Shown here one piece after another: positions 1 through 8,605 of a stretch of DNA of 63,389 nt. Within the stretch, counting starts at the first letter, position 1; the number at the start of each line of letters is the position of its first letter. Position numbers and translations under genes: made by a program. Source of the stretch: Acidobacteriota bacterium (lineage in GTDB: Bacteria > Acidobacteriota > Thermoanaerobaculia > Multivoradales > J023); the NCBI GenBank assembly GCA_039184055.1, contig JBCDBH010000001.1:1-63389 (forward strand), read 5' to 3'. The notes beneath the pieces are model-generated. The model made no database searches and was not told where the DNA came from. It saw only the letters and a list, made by a program, of their open reading frames with translations.

Positions 1-2
1 AA

Positions 3-113
3 GCCATTGAAGCGATCGACCGTCAGGCGGTCGAAACCGTAGCGCGACGCTGGATCGATCCCGACAAGCTGATCGTCACGATCGGTCGACCCGCCTCATC
101 CAACACAGACTGA
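3..113 (+). CDS. 3' end of a CDS entering from the left edge (C-terminus resembles M16/pitrilysin-family peptidase)
   Basis: Frame 3 is open from the window edge to TGA at 111-113. The tail AIEAIDRQAVETVARRWIDPDKLIVTIGRPASSNTD resembles typical insulinase-family C-termini. Only 36 aa are visible. Confidence 0.35.
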   Translation, partial: AIEAIDRQAVETVARRWIDPDKLIVTIGRPASSNTD

Positions 114-143
114 AACGTAATCGCGCCAAGGGGCAGCCGGTGG

Positions 144-1424
144 CTACGCCGCTTCCATGGCGACTTCGAGGTGGATCGCCTCGACACGGTGATTGGCGAC
201 CGCGGTGACCTCGGCATAAAGGTTGCCGATTTCGACGCTGTCGCCGACTTCGGGAATCCGGCCGAGCCGCTGGAGCACGATGCCACCGATGGTGTCGGCG
301 CTGGTGGTGTCGAGCGTGGTGTCGAGAAGGGTGGCGAGATCGGCGAGCGAGGTGGTGCCGGCGACGCGATAACCGGTGCCTTCGGGAACGAGCAAGGGCG
401 TCGGAGCGGGTGCCTGATCGTCGATCTCACCGCCGACGAGCTGTTCCATGATGTTCTCGATCGTCACGATGCCGCGTACGCCGCCGTACTCGTCGACCAC
501 GGCGGCAAAGTACTGGCGCTCGTCACGCATCCGTCCGAGCAGGCGAGCGAGGTTCAGTGATTCGGGGACGAAGAGGATCGGCTGGACCAGTTCCAAGAGC
601 GACGCGGGTGGCGTTTCGGCGGCGAAGAGGTCTTTGACGTGCACCACGCCCACCACCTGATCGAGATCGCCATTGCACAAGGGCAGCCGCGTGTGTCGGG
701 CGGCGCGCGCGCGCTCCAGACTGTCTTCGATACTCGCTTCGGTATTGAGATAGAGCACGTCGGCGCGGGGCACCATCGCCTGACGAGCGTTGCGATGCGA
801 GAGCTTGAAGACGTTGTCGAGCAGGGTGCGCTGGTCGTCGGGAAGATCGTCGCCGCTGGTGAGCAGAGCGCGTAGCTCCTGCTCGTCGACCGGCGCGGTG
901 GCGGCACTGGCGCCGGTGAGCCGGCAGAGCAGCCGGGCGCCATGGTTGAGCACGCCGATCAGCGGCGCGCTCAGCAGGTAGAAAGCGTGGAGCACACCGA
1001 GCACGACGAGCGGGGGCGATTCCAACGATCGATGGGCGAGTCCGCGTCGCACCGCCTGGGCGAACGCGAGGTGAAGACCGGCGAGCAATGCGAAGGCGAG
1101 CATCAAGGCCGCGCCGCGTGCCACGCCTTCGGGTAGCCACGCGGTGGCGAGCTGGCCGAGCCACGGCATGCCGAGCCAGCCGAGCGCCAGCGTGGTGAGA
1201 ACAAAGCCGAGCCGCGACGCCGCCAAATGAGGCTCGAGCGTCGCCATCACCCGCGCGCCGATGCGATGTCGCAACACGCCACGAAAACGTGGCGGCAAGC
1301 CCTGGCGCCGTCGGAGCCGGAGCAACACATGCTCGGCGGCCGCGAAGATTGCGCCAGCCGCGATCAGCATGCACAGCAAAAGCCAGACGGCGCTACCAAC
1401 GCTACTTGGAGGGAGCTCGTTCAT
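144..1424 (-). CDS. CNNM/DUF21-CBS-CorC_HlyC family membrane protein (hemolysin/CorC/TlyC-like, putative divalent-cation efflux)
   Basis: 426-aa ORF. It has N-terminal TM helices ([25 protein letters not shown]...), a central CBS-pair region and a C-terminal transporter-associated segment, which is the classic TlyC/CorC architecture. Confidence 0.8.
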   Translation of the reverse strand: MNELPPSSVGSAVWLLLCMLIAAGAIFAAAEHVLLRLRRRQGLPPRFRGVLRHRIGARVMATLEPHLAASRLGFVLTTLALGWLGMPWLGQLATAWLPEGVARGAALMLAFALLAGLHLAFAQAVRRGLAHRSLESPPLVVLGVLHAFYLLSAPLIGVLNHGARLLCRLTGASAATAPVDEQELRALLTSGDDLPDDQRTLLDNVFKLSHRNARQAMVPRADVLYLNTEASIEDSLERARAARHTRLPLCNGDLDQVVGVVHVKDLFAAETPPASLLELVQPILFVPESLNLARLLGRMRDERQYFAAVVDEYGGVRGIVTIENIMEQLVGGEIDDQAPAPTPLLVPEGTGYRVAGTTSLADLATLLDTTLDTTSADTIGGIVLQRLGRIPEVGDSVEIGNLYAEVTAVANHRVEAIHLEVAMEAA

Positions 1425-1551
1425 CGCCTGGGGCGGCGCGCGTCCGAGAGAGACGCGTGGGTCGGTTCAGGAGGGTCGTCGGTCAAGGTCGTATCGTCCA
1501 AAGCGGTATGAGTATAGCAGAAGCAATATGTCTTTTCCGAAGAGAAAATGC

Positions 1552-2673
1552 TCACTCTTTGGCGGCGTGGTCCGCGGCGAAAAGCGCCGGGATTCGTTCG
1601 CTGACCGTGGCGTAGAAGGCCGGCTCACCGTCGTACCAAAAGTTGTAGTTCGCCAGACCGGCCACCGCGATGCCCGTGGCTGGATCGAATCGAACAATCG
1701 CGGCGGCACCGTTGGTCTCGCCGCCGTGCTGGTAGGCGATGATGGCTCCGTCGTCGTCACGTTCGACCTGCCAGCCAAACGAGTAGGGGCTGTCGTCGCC
1801 GTCGGCCATGGCTCCGGGGGTGGTGAAGAGCTGTCGAGGCGCCCCGTCGAGAAGCGGTCCGCGAAAGCACGCCCAGGTAAAACGCGCCAGATCTTCGGCG
1901 GTGGCGAGCAAGCCTCCCGACGGGTAGTAGTCCGAGCTGTCACGCCAGATGGTGTTGATCACCGTGCCGTCGGGCTTGATGGTGTAGAAGCGCCCACGTC
2001 GCGGCACGATGTCGAGAGGATGATCGATGCGAATCCCGTCGAGTCCGAGCGGCTCGGTGAGCCACGTGGCGAGCGCGCCGGCATAGGAGCCCTCGGCGGC
2101 ACGTGCCGCGACGACGCCGAGCAGGTTGTAGCCAAAGCTGCTGTAGTGAAACGCCTGGCCCGGCGCGGTGAGCAGCGGATCGTCGAGAAAGGTGGCGAGG
2201 GCTTCGTCGAGCGAGGTGTGAAAGCGAGTGTTGTTCGCCTCGTCGTAGTTGGTGAAATCGTAATGGCGGATGCCGCTCGTATGCGTGCCGAGATGCCGTG
2301 CCGTGATCGCCTCGTGTGGCAGCTCGACGACTCGTTTCTGGACCGGCGCATCGATATCGAGCTTGCCGGCTGCGACGAGTCGAGCGACCAGCGCGGCGGT
2401 GAGCGGCTTGGCGACGCTTCCCGTGCGTAGCAGGCTATCCGGCGTAAGCGCGACCTTCGCTTCCAGATCCGCCCAACCCACCGCATCGCTCCAGATCACC
2501 TCGCCATCCCGCACGACTGCCGCCATCGCGCCCGGGCCACGATCCTCGGCGAGCGCGGCGGCGAGCAGACGCGACGCTTCGGCACCGGGGTCTGTCGCAT
2601 GGGCGATCGAGACACATGCGAAGAGCAGGATTACGAAACACAATGAGTGGCGGGAGGTGAACGTGGCTCGCAT
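1552..2673 (-). CDS. Secreted serine hydrolase, beta-lactamase/PBP4* (class C-like) fold
   Basis: Signal peptide MRATFTSRHSLCFVILLFACVSIAHA. S-x-x-K nucleophile motif in RTGSVAKPLTA. Length and composition are typical of beta-lactamase-related esterases. Confidence 0.75.
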   Translation of the reverse strand: MRATFTSRHSLCFVILLFACVSIAHATDPGAEASRLLAAALAEDRGPGAMAAVVRDGEVIWSDAVGWADLEAKVALTPDSLLRTGSVAKPLTAALVARLVAAGKLDIDAPVQKRVVELPHEAITARHLGTHTSGIRHYDFTNYDEANNTRFHTSLDEALATFLDDPLLTAPGQAFHYSSFGYNLLGVVAARAAEGSYAGALATWLTEPLGLDGIRIDHPLDIVPRRGRFYTIKPDGTVINTIWRDSSDYYPSGGLLATAEDLARFTWACFRGPLLDGAPRQLFTTPGAMADGDDSPYSFGWQVERDDDGAIIAYQHGGETNGAAAIVRFDPATGIAVAGLANYNFWYDGEPAFYATVSERIPALFAADHAAKE

Positions 2674-2693
2674 AGGAATGCCTACGCAAGGGT

Positions 2694-2741
2694 GAGTTGC
2701 GAGTTCAGGCGACCTACGAGTTCAGGCGACCTGCGAGTTCC
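2694..2741. repeat. 17-bp tandem direct repeat (2 full + 2 partial units) in a divergent promoter region
   Basis: gagttgc / gagttcaggcgacctac / gagttcaggcgacctgc / gagttcc, read directly. It lies between the start of the minus-strand hydrolase (2673) and the plus-strand ORF (2779). Confidence 0.8.
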
Positions 2742-2778
2742 ATGGATCCTCCGATCGTGATCGAACGAATCATGAACT

Positions 2779-3285
2779 ATGAGCCGCGCCGATTCTCATG
2801 TCACGGACCTACCCGTCACCGACCCGTCTCTTGACGACCCGCCGCGTCGTCCCTCCTGGTACCGCTTGGCCGCGCTGATTCTGCTCGCGGCCTCCGGGAT
2901 CGCGGTTTTGGCCGGCTATTGTCTTCACGAGCTACCCGTCACCGTCGCCGAGCCGCGGATCGTCGTTTTGGAGGTCGGTGAGATGCATCCTGATCTCACC
3001 GACGACGCGCACGTCGCCGAGGTGGCGGCGGCGCTCGACGCCATGCTGCGTGCCGAGCCACGGGTACGCGTGCTCACCGGCCAGCTGGTCACCTCCGGCG
3101 CGCGTCTCACCGTCACCCCACATCCCGGAAAGGTCGAAGTCGCGGTGCATGACGTGGCGTGGCGTCACGAGATCTGGCGCTCGACCTTCGACAGCACGCT
3201 CCCTCCTTCACGGGTCGCCGAGCGCTTCGAACGCGAAGGTTTGCCGAGAGTCATCAGTCGCCGTCACTCTCTACCTGCTCCTTGA
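2779..3285 (+). CDS. Hypothetical single-pass membrane protein
   Basis: 168-aa ORF with one hydrophobic helix (YRLAALILLAASGIAVLAGYCL). No recognisable family. The coding call rests on ORF length and non-shadow-like composition only. Confidence 0.4.
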   Translation: MSRADSHVTDLPVTDPSLDDPPRRPSWYRLAALILLAASGIAVLAGYCLHELPVTVAEPRIVVLEVGEMHPDLTDDAHVAEVAAALDAMLRAEPRVRVLTGQLVTSGARLTVTPHPGKVEVAVHDVAWRHEIWRSTFDSTLPPSRVAERFEREGLPRVISRRHSLPAP

Positions 3286-3679
3286 TCGCCTTGGGCTGAC
3301 CGCCGTCACTCATCTTGATCAGCAACCCGATCACCGGCATGGCGAAACGGGCGAGCCCGCTCGCGGTGCATTCGGCTTCGAGGGCGAGATGGACGCCCGT
3401 GCCGTTCGGGGTGAGGCGATAGTGATACGTCGCGGTGAAGGGGCCCTGAGTGGAGCGGATGCCGAGCAGCGTCCTGGGTTCGAAGCTGACGACCCGGGAG
3501 CGTTGCTCGTTGTTGCGGGTGATGAAGAGCAGCTCGGTGCCGTCGTGGAGCGCGCCACCGTCCTTGGTGCGGAGAAGCTCGGCACCGGCCATCCATCGCT
3601 CCATGAGCTCGGGAACGGTGAGATGACGCCATACGGTTTCGGGGGTGCTGGCGATGTGGGTTTCGGTACGAAAACGCAT
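3254..3679 (-). CDS. SRPBCC (START/polyketide-cyclase-like) superfamily protein
   Basis: Start moved to the ATG at 3679 (MRFRTETHIASTPETVWRHLTVPELMERWMAG...). The N-terminal xxPExVWxxLTDPExxxxW pattern is typical of SRPBCC/AHSA1-like proteins. The upstream part of the 197-aa ORF has no such signal. Confidence 0.65.
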   Translation of the reverse strand: MRFRTETHIASTPETVWRHLTVPELMERWMAGAELLRTKDGGALHDGTELLFITRNNEQRSRVVSFEPRTLLGIRSTQGPFTATYHYRLTPNGTGVHLALEAECTASGLARFAMPVIGLLIKMSDGGQPKAIKEQVESDGD

Positions 3680-3788
3680 GTCGGTCTCCTCGTCAGTCTC
3701 GTTGATTCCGGGCGAGAACTCGTTGTCTCGCGAGCTGAGAAGAGCGTAGCGATGCGCGCCTATTGGGCGCTTGTAGAAAAGGGAAGTG

Positions 3789-4631
3789 CTAATTCTGGGG
3801 CGCGAACACCACGTGCTCGCCTTGTTCCAGATCGGGATATTCGCCACGTCGCTGGCTTAGGTATTCGGACGGGTAGAGACCCGAAAGGGCGCGGAACTCG
3901 TGATTGAAATGCGCCTGATCGTGGAAATCGAAGCTGTGGGCGAGCTCGGTCCAATTCACCGGGCCGGCGGGATCGACCGCTTCGAGCAGCGCGAGCAGCC
4001 GATGAATGCGACACAGCTTTTTGGGCGTCACCCCGATGGCGCGTTTGAAGCGCGCGGTGATCTGACGCGGGCTGCGGTCGATGCTCGTGTAGCGGTCTTT
4101 CAATACGACATCGCCACGCCGGTCGCGAATCTCGCGATAGAGCGCCCACAGCCAATCCGGTAACGACTGACGCGGCCAGCCACGCACCAGCTCGTGGAAT
4201 GTGCGATGCGTGACGTCGTCGCCCGCTTGCTCGTAGTGGTTCTCGATCGCCGTCACGAACGCTGCGGGCATGATCTCGCGCGCGTCCACCGTCCGATCGC
4301 GCAGCGTCGCCATATCGACGTCGAAAAGCGCGTGAAAGCCGACCGGTTCGAAGAGAAGACCGATGACATGCGTGCCGTCAGTGGGCGTGTGGTAGGTCGG
4401 GGTGGTCTGAAAGCCATCGACCCAACCATGCGCAAAGCTCGGATTGCTCTCCGGATCGGCCGCCTTGCCCAGACGATGCGGGTTGCCCAAATTGAACAGC
4501 ACCGGAATCAACCCGGTGGGCAAGATCTTGTCCGAGCGATAGGGAATTCGACCTCGCGCGTAGAACGTCTGCGTCAGCACGAGGTCGAGCGGCGGATCCG
4601 GTTCGAAGGGTTGGAAATGAAAGTCCTGCAT
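3789..4631 (-). CDS. AraC-family transcriptional regulator
   Basis: C-terminal AraC-type HTH (RSPRQITARFKRAIGVTPKKLCRIHRLLALLEAV...HFNHEFRALSGLYPSEY). ATG at 4631 is preferred because it leaves 17 nt after the upstream stop. The alternative start is 4679. Confidence 0.8.
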   Translation of the reverse strand: MQDFHFQPFEPDPPLDLVLTQTFYARGRIPYRSDKILPTGLIPVLFNLGNPHRLGKAADPESNPSFAHGWVDGFQTTPTYHTPTDGTHVIGLLFEPVGFHALFDVDMATLRDRTVDAREIMPAAFVTAIENHYEQAGDDVTHRTFHELVRGWPRQSLPDWLWALYREIRDRRGDVVLKDRYTSIDRSPRQITARFKRAIGVTPKKLCRIHRLLALLEAVDPAGPVNWTELAHSFDFHDQAHFNHEFRALSGLYPSEYLSQRRGEYPDLEQGEHVVFAPQN

Positions 4632-4648
4632 CGGATCGGCGTCTGGAA

Positions 4649-5938
4649 CTAGCCAGGCTTTTCGCTGGCGGCTTTCCACAACCGTACGATGAAGCGATCC
4701 TCGTCTTCGATCAGGTCGGGTTCGGTGCCGTTGTGCGTCTGCATACCGGCGATGATCTTGCGCGGAACACCGAGCCCGGTGGCTTCGATATAGCGATAGT
4801 CACGCAGGACTTCTTTGATCAGCTCGTTGCGCGACGCGCGGTAGCCGGCGCGCATTTTGTCGACGGTGACGGTGTTGGGTAGACGACCGGGTGAGACGAT
4901 CTCGAGGCGGTCGGTATAGATCGACAGCTCGATGTCGATGACGGTAATGGTGTAGTCACGGTGCGCGACCGCGTTGACGATCGCTTCGCGTACCGCTTCG
5001 AGCGGGTAGTCCCAACGTTCCTGACGTCTGCCGCCGTCGTCGATGTGAGCGTCGAGCTCGGTGTTGCGACGCACGAAGTCGAGGGCTTGTTCGATGACAC
5101 CGGTTTCGACGATCGAGCGGTAGTCGGAGAACCGGGTCGCGGGGAGACGGGCATCGCCAGAAGTCGGTGGAAATAGCAGCGACACCAACGGGCCACGCAA
5201 GGTGGCGCGGGCCGGGGCGTCGTAGTCTTTGTGGGTGCCACGGTACGCCGCCGCGCTGATACCGGCTTGGGGCAAGTATCGATTCGGGCGCTGACCGAAT
5301 AGGAGCAGACCCGCTACGCTTGGTATGACGAGACCTCGATCTTCGACCATGAGCTCGGTGTTGACGAGCAGACGTTGCCACGCCTGGAGGTCGACTGGCT
5401 CGGGGGTGAATTGCTGGCGAACGTCGCGAAAGTAGTTGGTCAGACGACGTAGATCGAGATCGTCGAAGCGCGCGCCCGGAATCGGACGTCGGTCGTATTG
5501 CAGTCGGCCCGACCGCATGTAGAGCCGGGCTTCCTCTTCATCCGTGGCGTCGCGCGAGGTCGTGCCGACGCGTATCTGCGAGACCCAAGCCGAGCCTCGT
5601 TTTGCTTTGTATGGCTTGTCGGGCGCATCGACAGGTAGGGACACGACCCCGACGGTGGTCGCATCGTCCCAGGTGATCGTCTGCCAAAAAGGAATGATCG
5701 CCGGTCGAACGTGGGTGCGAGCGACCTCCATGACCCACTCTTCGGCTTGTTTCGGGCTTCGAGTCAGGCCCGAGACCGTGCCGTCTTCTTCGACACCGAG
5801 CAGGATGTGGCCGCCTTCCAGGTTGAGCAAGGCAGCCATTTCCTTGGCGAGTTTGGCCGGGGCGACATCGTCGCGCTTGAGCTCCACGCCGGAGTTTTCT
5901 CCGTTGGCGATCAGCTCGGTGAGCTCGGTATGGTTCAT
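4649..5938 (-). CDS. AlbA_2 (Schlafen-like) + HATPase_c_4 ATP-binding putative DNA-binding protein (COG2865-like)
   Basis: The N-terminus ELIANGENSGVELKRDDV...LLNLEGGHILLGVEEDGTVSGL is the AlbA_2 signature. The C-terminal part with REAIVNAVAHRDY...IYTDRLEIVSPGRLP matches the HATPase_c_4 region of this family. Confidence 0.75.
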   Translation of the reverse strand: MNHTELTELIANGENSGVELKRDDVAPAKLAKEMAALLNLEGGHILLGVEEDGTVSGLTRSPKQAEEWVMEVARTHVRPAIIPFWQTITWDDATTVGVVSLPVDAPDKPYKAKRGSAWVSQIRVGTTSRDATDEEEARLYMRSGRLQYDRRPIPGARFDDLDLRRLTNYFRDVRQQFTPEPVDLQAWQRLLVNTELMVEDRGLVIPSVAGLLLFGQRPNRYLPQAGISAAAYRGTHKDYDAPARATLRGPLVSLLFPPTSGDARLPATRFSDYRSIVETGVIEQALDFVRRNTELDAHIDDGGRRQERWDYPLEAVREAIVNAVAHRDYTITVIDIELSIYTDRLEIVSPGRLPNTVTVDKMRAGYRASRNELIKEVLRDYRYIEATGLGVPRKIIAGMQTHNGTEPDLIEDEDRFIVRLWKAASEKPG

Positions 5939-5986
5939 CTCGTCGAGTTTATACGTCCACTCGTGTCGTCGTTGAGTGGCCGGGCT

Positions 5987-7780
5987 TCACTGCTCGGCCA
6001 TCTTGGCCTTCATGGTCTCGATCATCTTGACGGCGTTGGGGTTGTCGGGTTCGAGCTCGAGGGTTTTCTGGTAGTTGGCGATCGAGGCTTCGTACGCACC
6101 CAGGGCCATCTGTGATTCGGCGAGGCTATCCCAGACGTTGGCGGAGTCGGGAAAGACACGGGTGTTGAGCGCGAAGACGTCGCGTGCGACTTCGTTTTTG
6201 CCGGTTTGCAAGATGCGATAGCCGGTGGCGTTGACGCGTCCTTCGATACGGCGTGGGTTCGTGTTCTCGGTGAGGGCACGGAGCTCGGCGTCGGCGGTGT
6301 CGGGATCACCTCGGAGCAGGGTGATGAGGACGCGGTTGACGCGGATCCCCAGGCTGTCGGCCTCGGCGATCTGGCTCATGAGCTCGTCGCCCCGGGTGGC
6401 GTTGCCGTCGGCGTGGGCGGCGAGCGCGGCATTGGCGATGGTGGCGGGACTGGCGATGCCGGCGAAGACGCCGTCGGCGTCACGGACGGGTAGGTAGCGG
6501 CCGTGGCTGTCTTCTTCGTGAAAGGAGCCGTCGGCCTGCAGGTAGTGCGCGAAGGTGCCGTCTTGAGGCGCGTGCGCGATGAGATGTCCGTCGCCCACTT
6601 CGATGTCGACCCAGGTGCTGGCGTCGAGACCGAGCGGCTCGGGCGGATAGGGCCAGCGACCGGCGTATTCGAGCAGCTGCTCGGTGGGCGTCGTGGTGAT
6701 GTTCGGTCGGGGCGTGTCGGCGAGCGGCTCGAGGGCGGCGTTGGCGCTCGGCGCACCGGTACGCGCCTCGAGGATCGCTTCGACCAGGTCGTAGAGGGCG
6801 GCGGACGGGGTGCTTTGGCCGTCGAAGGTGTTGGCGCGGTTGATGATCACCAGGTCGATCGCCGGCAGCACGGCGATCATCTGATTGCCGACGCCGAGGG
6901 CGGAGTACATGTCGTATTGTGCGAATCGCGGCTCGCGGTAGACCCACCACATGAAGCCGTAGCCGATCGACTCGTTGTCGATCGAGTACATGGCCGCGCT
7001 CCGACGCACCCAATGTTTGGACAGGACTTGCTCGTCACCCCACATGCCTTCGCGGGCGAAGAGCAGTCCGAAGCGCGCCGCGTCGCGGGCCGACATTCGG
7101 AAGGGGTAGGCTGGATAGCGGGATTTGTCGCGTTCGAGGTGGTAGTAGCCGTCGCTGACCCGCCAATCTTCCATGTCGAGCGGCTGGCCAAAATGCTCGT
7201 CGAAAGCCTCGAAGACGTCGTCGCCGGTTTCTTCGATCAGGATCGTCGCCAGGGTGTTGAAATCCCAATTGTTGTAGGCGAAGTAGCGACCGGCGCCCTT
7301 GCTGCCTCGCGCCGCCGAGTCGGTGCGACCGGCGTAGGCGGCGGGGTGGAAGATGCCCGAGCGCGCTTTGAGGAGATCGAGGATGCGGGCCTGACGTTCG
7401 TTGTCGAGCAGCGGATCGGGGGTGTCGTCGATCCCGAGATCGAAGAGAGTTTTGTTGAGATCGATCTCGCCACGGTCCCAATAGATGCCGTAGAGCCCCG
7501 ACAAGAAGCTTTTGCGGACCGAATGACACATGAAGCGGCGATTGGTGTCGCCCCATGCCGCGACCACCGCGCCATCGGCGATCACCATGAAGGCGGCCGA
7601 CGGCAGGCTCTCCCAGGTGGTCTTCGCGGCGGCGAGTTTGTCGGCGTCGAATCCAGCCTCGGCCGGATCGACGTATGACATCCACGTGTCGCCGGGCACA
7701 CGGCCGTCGGCGAGCAGTGGGCCGACGAGAAGGGTAAAGAAAAGAAGGTGGACGACAACGATCCCGAGTCGCTTGAGCAT
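5987..7780 (-). CDS. Secreted beta-lactamase-fold serine hydrolase with C-terminal TPR region
   Basis: Signal peptide MLKRLGIVVVHLLFFTLLVGPLLADG. S-x-x-K in CHSVRKSFLSG. The C-terminal ~150 aa are TPR-like (ANVWDSLAESQMALGAYEASIANYQKTLELEPDNPNA). Confidence 0.75.
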   Translation of the reverse strand: MLKRLGIVVVHLLFFTLLVGPLLADGRVPGDTWMSYVDPAEAGFDADKLAAAKTTWESLPSAAFMVIADGAVVAAWGDTNRRFMCHSVRKSFLSGLYGIYWDRGEIDLNKTLFDLGIDDTPDPLLDNERQARILDLLKARSGIFHPAAYAGRTDSAARGSKGAGRYFAYNNWDFNTLATILIEETGDDVFEAFDEHFGQPLDMEDWRVSDGYYHLERDKSRYPAYPFRMSARDAARFGLLFAREGMWGDEQVLSKHWVRRSAAMYSIDNESIGYGFMWWVYREPRFAQYDMYSALGVGNQMIAVLPAIDLVIINRANTFDGQSTPSAALYDLVEAILEARTGAPSANAALEPLADTPRPNITTTPTEQLLEYAGRWPYPPEPLGLDASTWVDIEVGDGHLIAHAPQDGTFAHYLQADGSFHEEDSHGRYLPVRDADGVFAGIASPATIANAALAAHADGNATRGDELMSQIAEADSLGIRVNRVLITLLRGDPDTADAELRALTENTNPRRIEGRVNATGYRILQTGKNEVARDVFALNTRVFPDSANVWDSLAESQMALGAYEASIANYQKTLELEPDNPNAVKMIETMKAKMAEQ

Positions 7781-7864
7781 GGAAGGCCTCCCGTGGTTGG
7801 TCCTTCTTGGATACTGCCGGTGGTGGTGATGGTTGCAATCTTTGTGAGCGGAGCCTCAGGAACG

Positions 7865-8605
7865 ATGGCGGACATGACGTCGCCGAGCGCCGCCGACCTC
7901 GCGTCGACGCCCTACATCGACAGCGATCATCTGTCGATCGTCGCGGTGGTCGAGGCGGTGACGGCCGATGCTCGAGACGATCGAGAACGCGCCGTGCGGC
8001 TGCACGATTTCGTGCGCGACGAGATTCGATTCGGCTGGGCGCCGGCCTTTTACGATCAAAAAGCTTCCGACGTGCTGCGTGCCGGAATCGGCTTTTGCAA
8101 CACCAAATCGACGCTCTTTCTCGCCTTGTTGCGCGCGGCGGGGATTCCGGCGCGCCAGCGTTTCGTCGATATCGACACGCGCATCTTGGACGGGCTGGTC
8201 AATCCGGGTACGCCCTATGTCGATCACTCCTACTCCGAGGTGTGGCTCGACGGTCGCTGGCTACGGGTCGACAGCTACATTCTCGATCGCCCGCTCGCCG
8301 ACGCGGCACGTACCCGGCTGGTGGCGGAGGGTCGAGTGATCGGCTACGGCGCCCATCGTGACGGCGTGTCGATTTGGGACGGCGCGAGTGACGCGTTTTC
8401 GCAATTCGTCGACAACGGTGCGTGGCCTGCTCTGGGTCGAAACGACCACGGCGTGTTCGCCGACGTCGGCGCCTTCTATGCTTCCGGTCGCGGCGTCAAC
8501 AAGCTCAACGTGTTTCTTCGGCTCGGCTTCGGCTTCTTCAGTCGCGCGGCGAACGATCGCATCGCGGCGATCCGGGACAGCGACGTCACGGGAAGCTCGC
8601 GGTGA
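7865..8605 (+). CDS. Transglutaminase-like cysteine protease domain protein
   Basis: Transglutaminase-core motif GFCNTKSTLFLALLRAAGIPARQRFV, followed by a HSYSEVWLDGRWLRVD His/Asp region. The start is uncertain. ATG 7865 has an upstream aggaa, and the longer 7748 start would overlap the divergent gene. Confidence 0.7.
   Translation: MADMTSPSAADLASTPYIDSDHLSIVAVVEAVTADARDDRERAVRLHDFVRDEIRFGWAPAFYDQKASDVLRAGIGFCNTKSTLFLALLRAAGIPARQRFVDIDTRILDGLVNPGTPYVDHSYSEVWLDGRWLRVDSYILDRPLADAARTRLVAEGRVIGYGAHRDGVSIWDGASDAFSQFVDNGAWPALGRNDHGVFADVGAFYASGRGVNKLNVFLRLGFGFFSRAANDRIAAIRDSDVTGSSR

Noticed and set aside
1261-2430. A 389-aa plus-strand ORF. The same class includes 6503-7678 (+), 8835-9770 (+), 20272-21627 (+), 31477-32769 (+), 37940-39037 (-), 38238-39683 (+), 41922-42872 (-), 55662-56123 (+) and many shorter ones.
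   Set aside because: All are antisense or out-of-frame overlaps of genes carrying recognisable catalytic motifs. They are Arg/Gly/Pro/Asp/His-rich, lack start context, and have no family resemblance.
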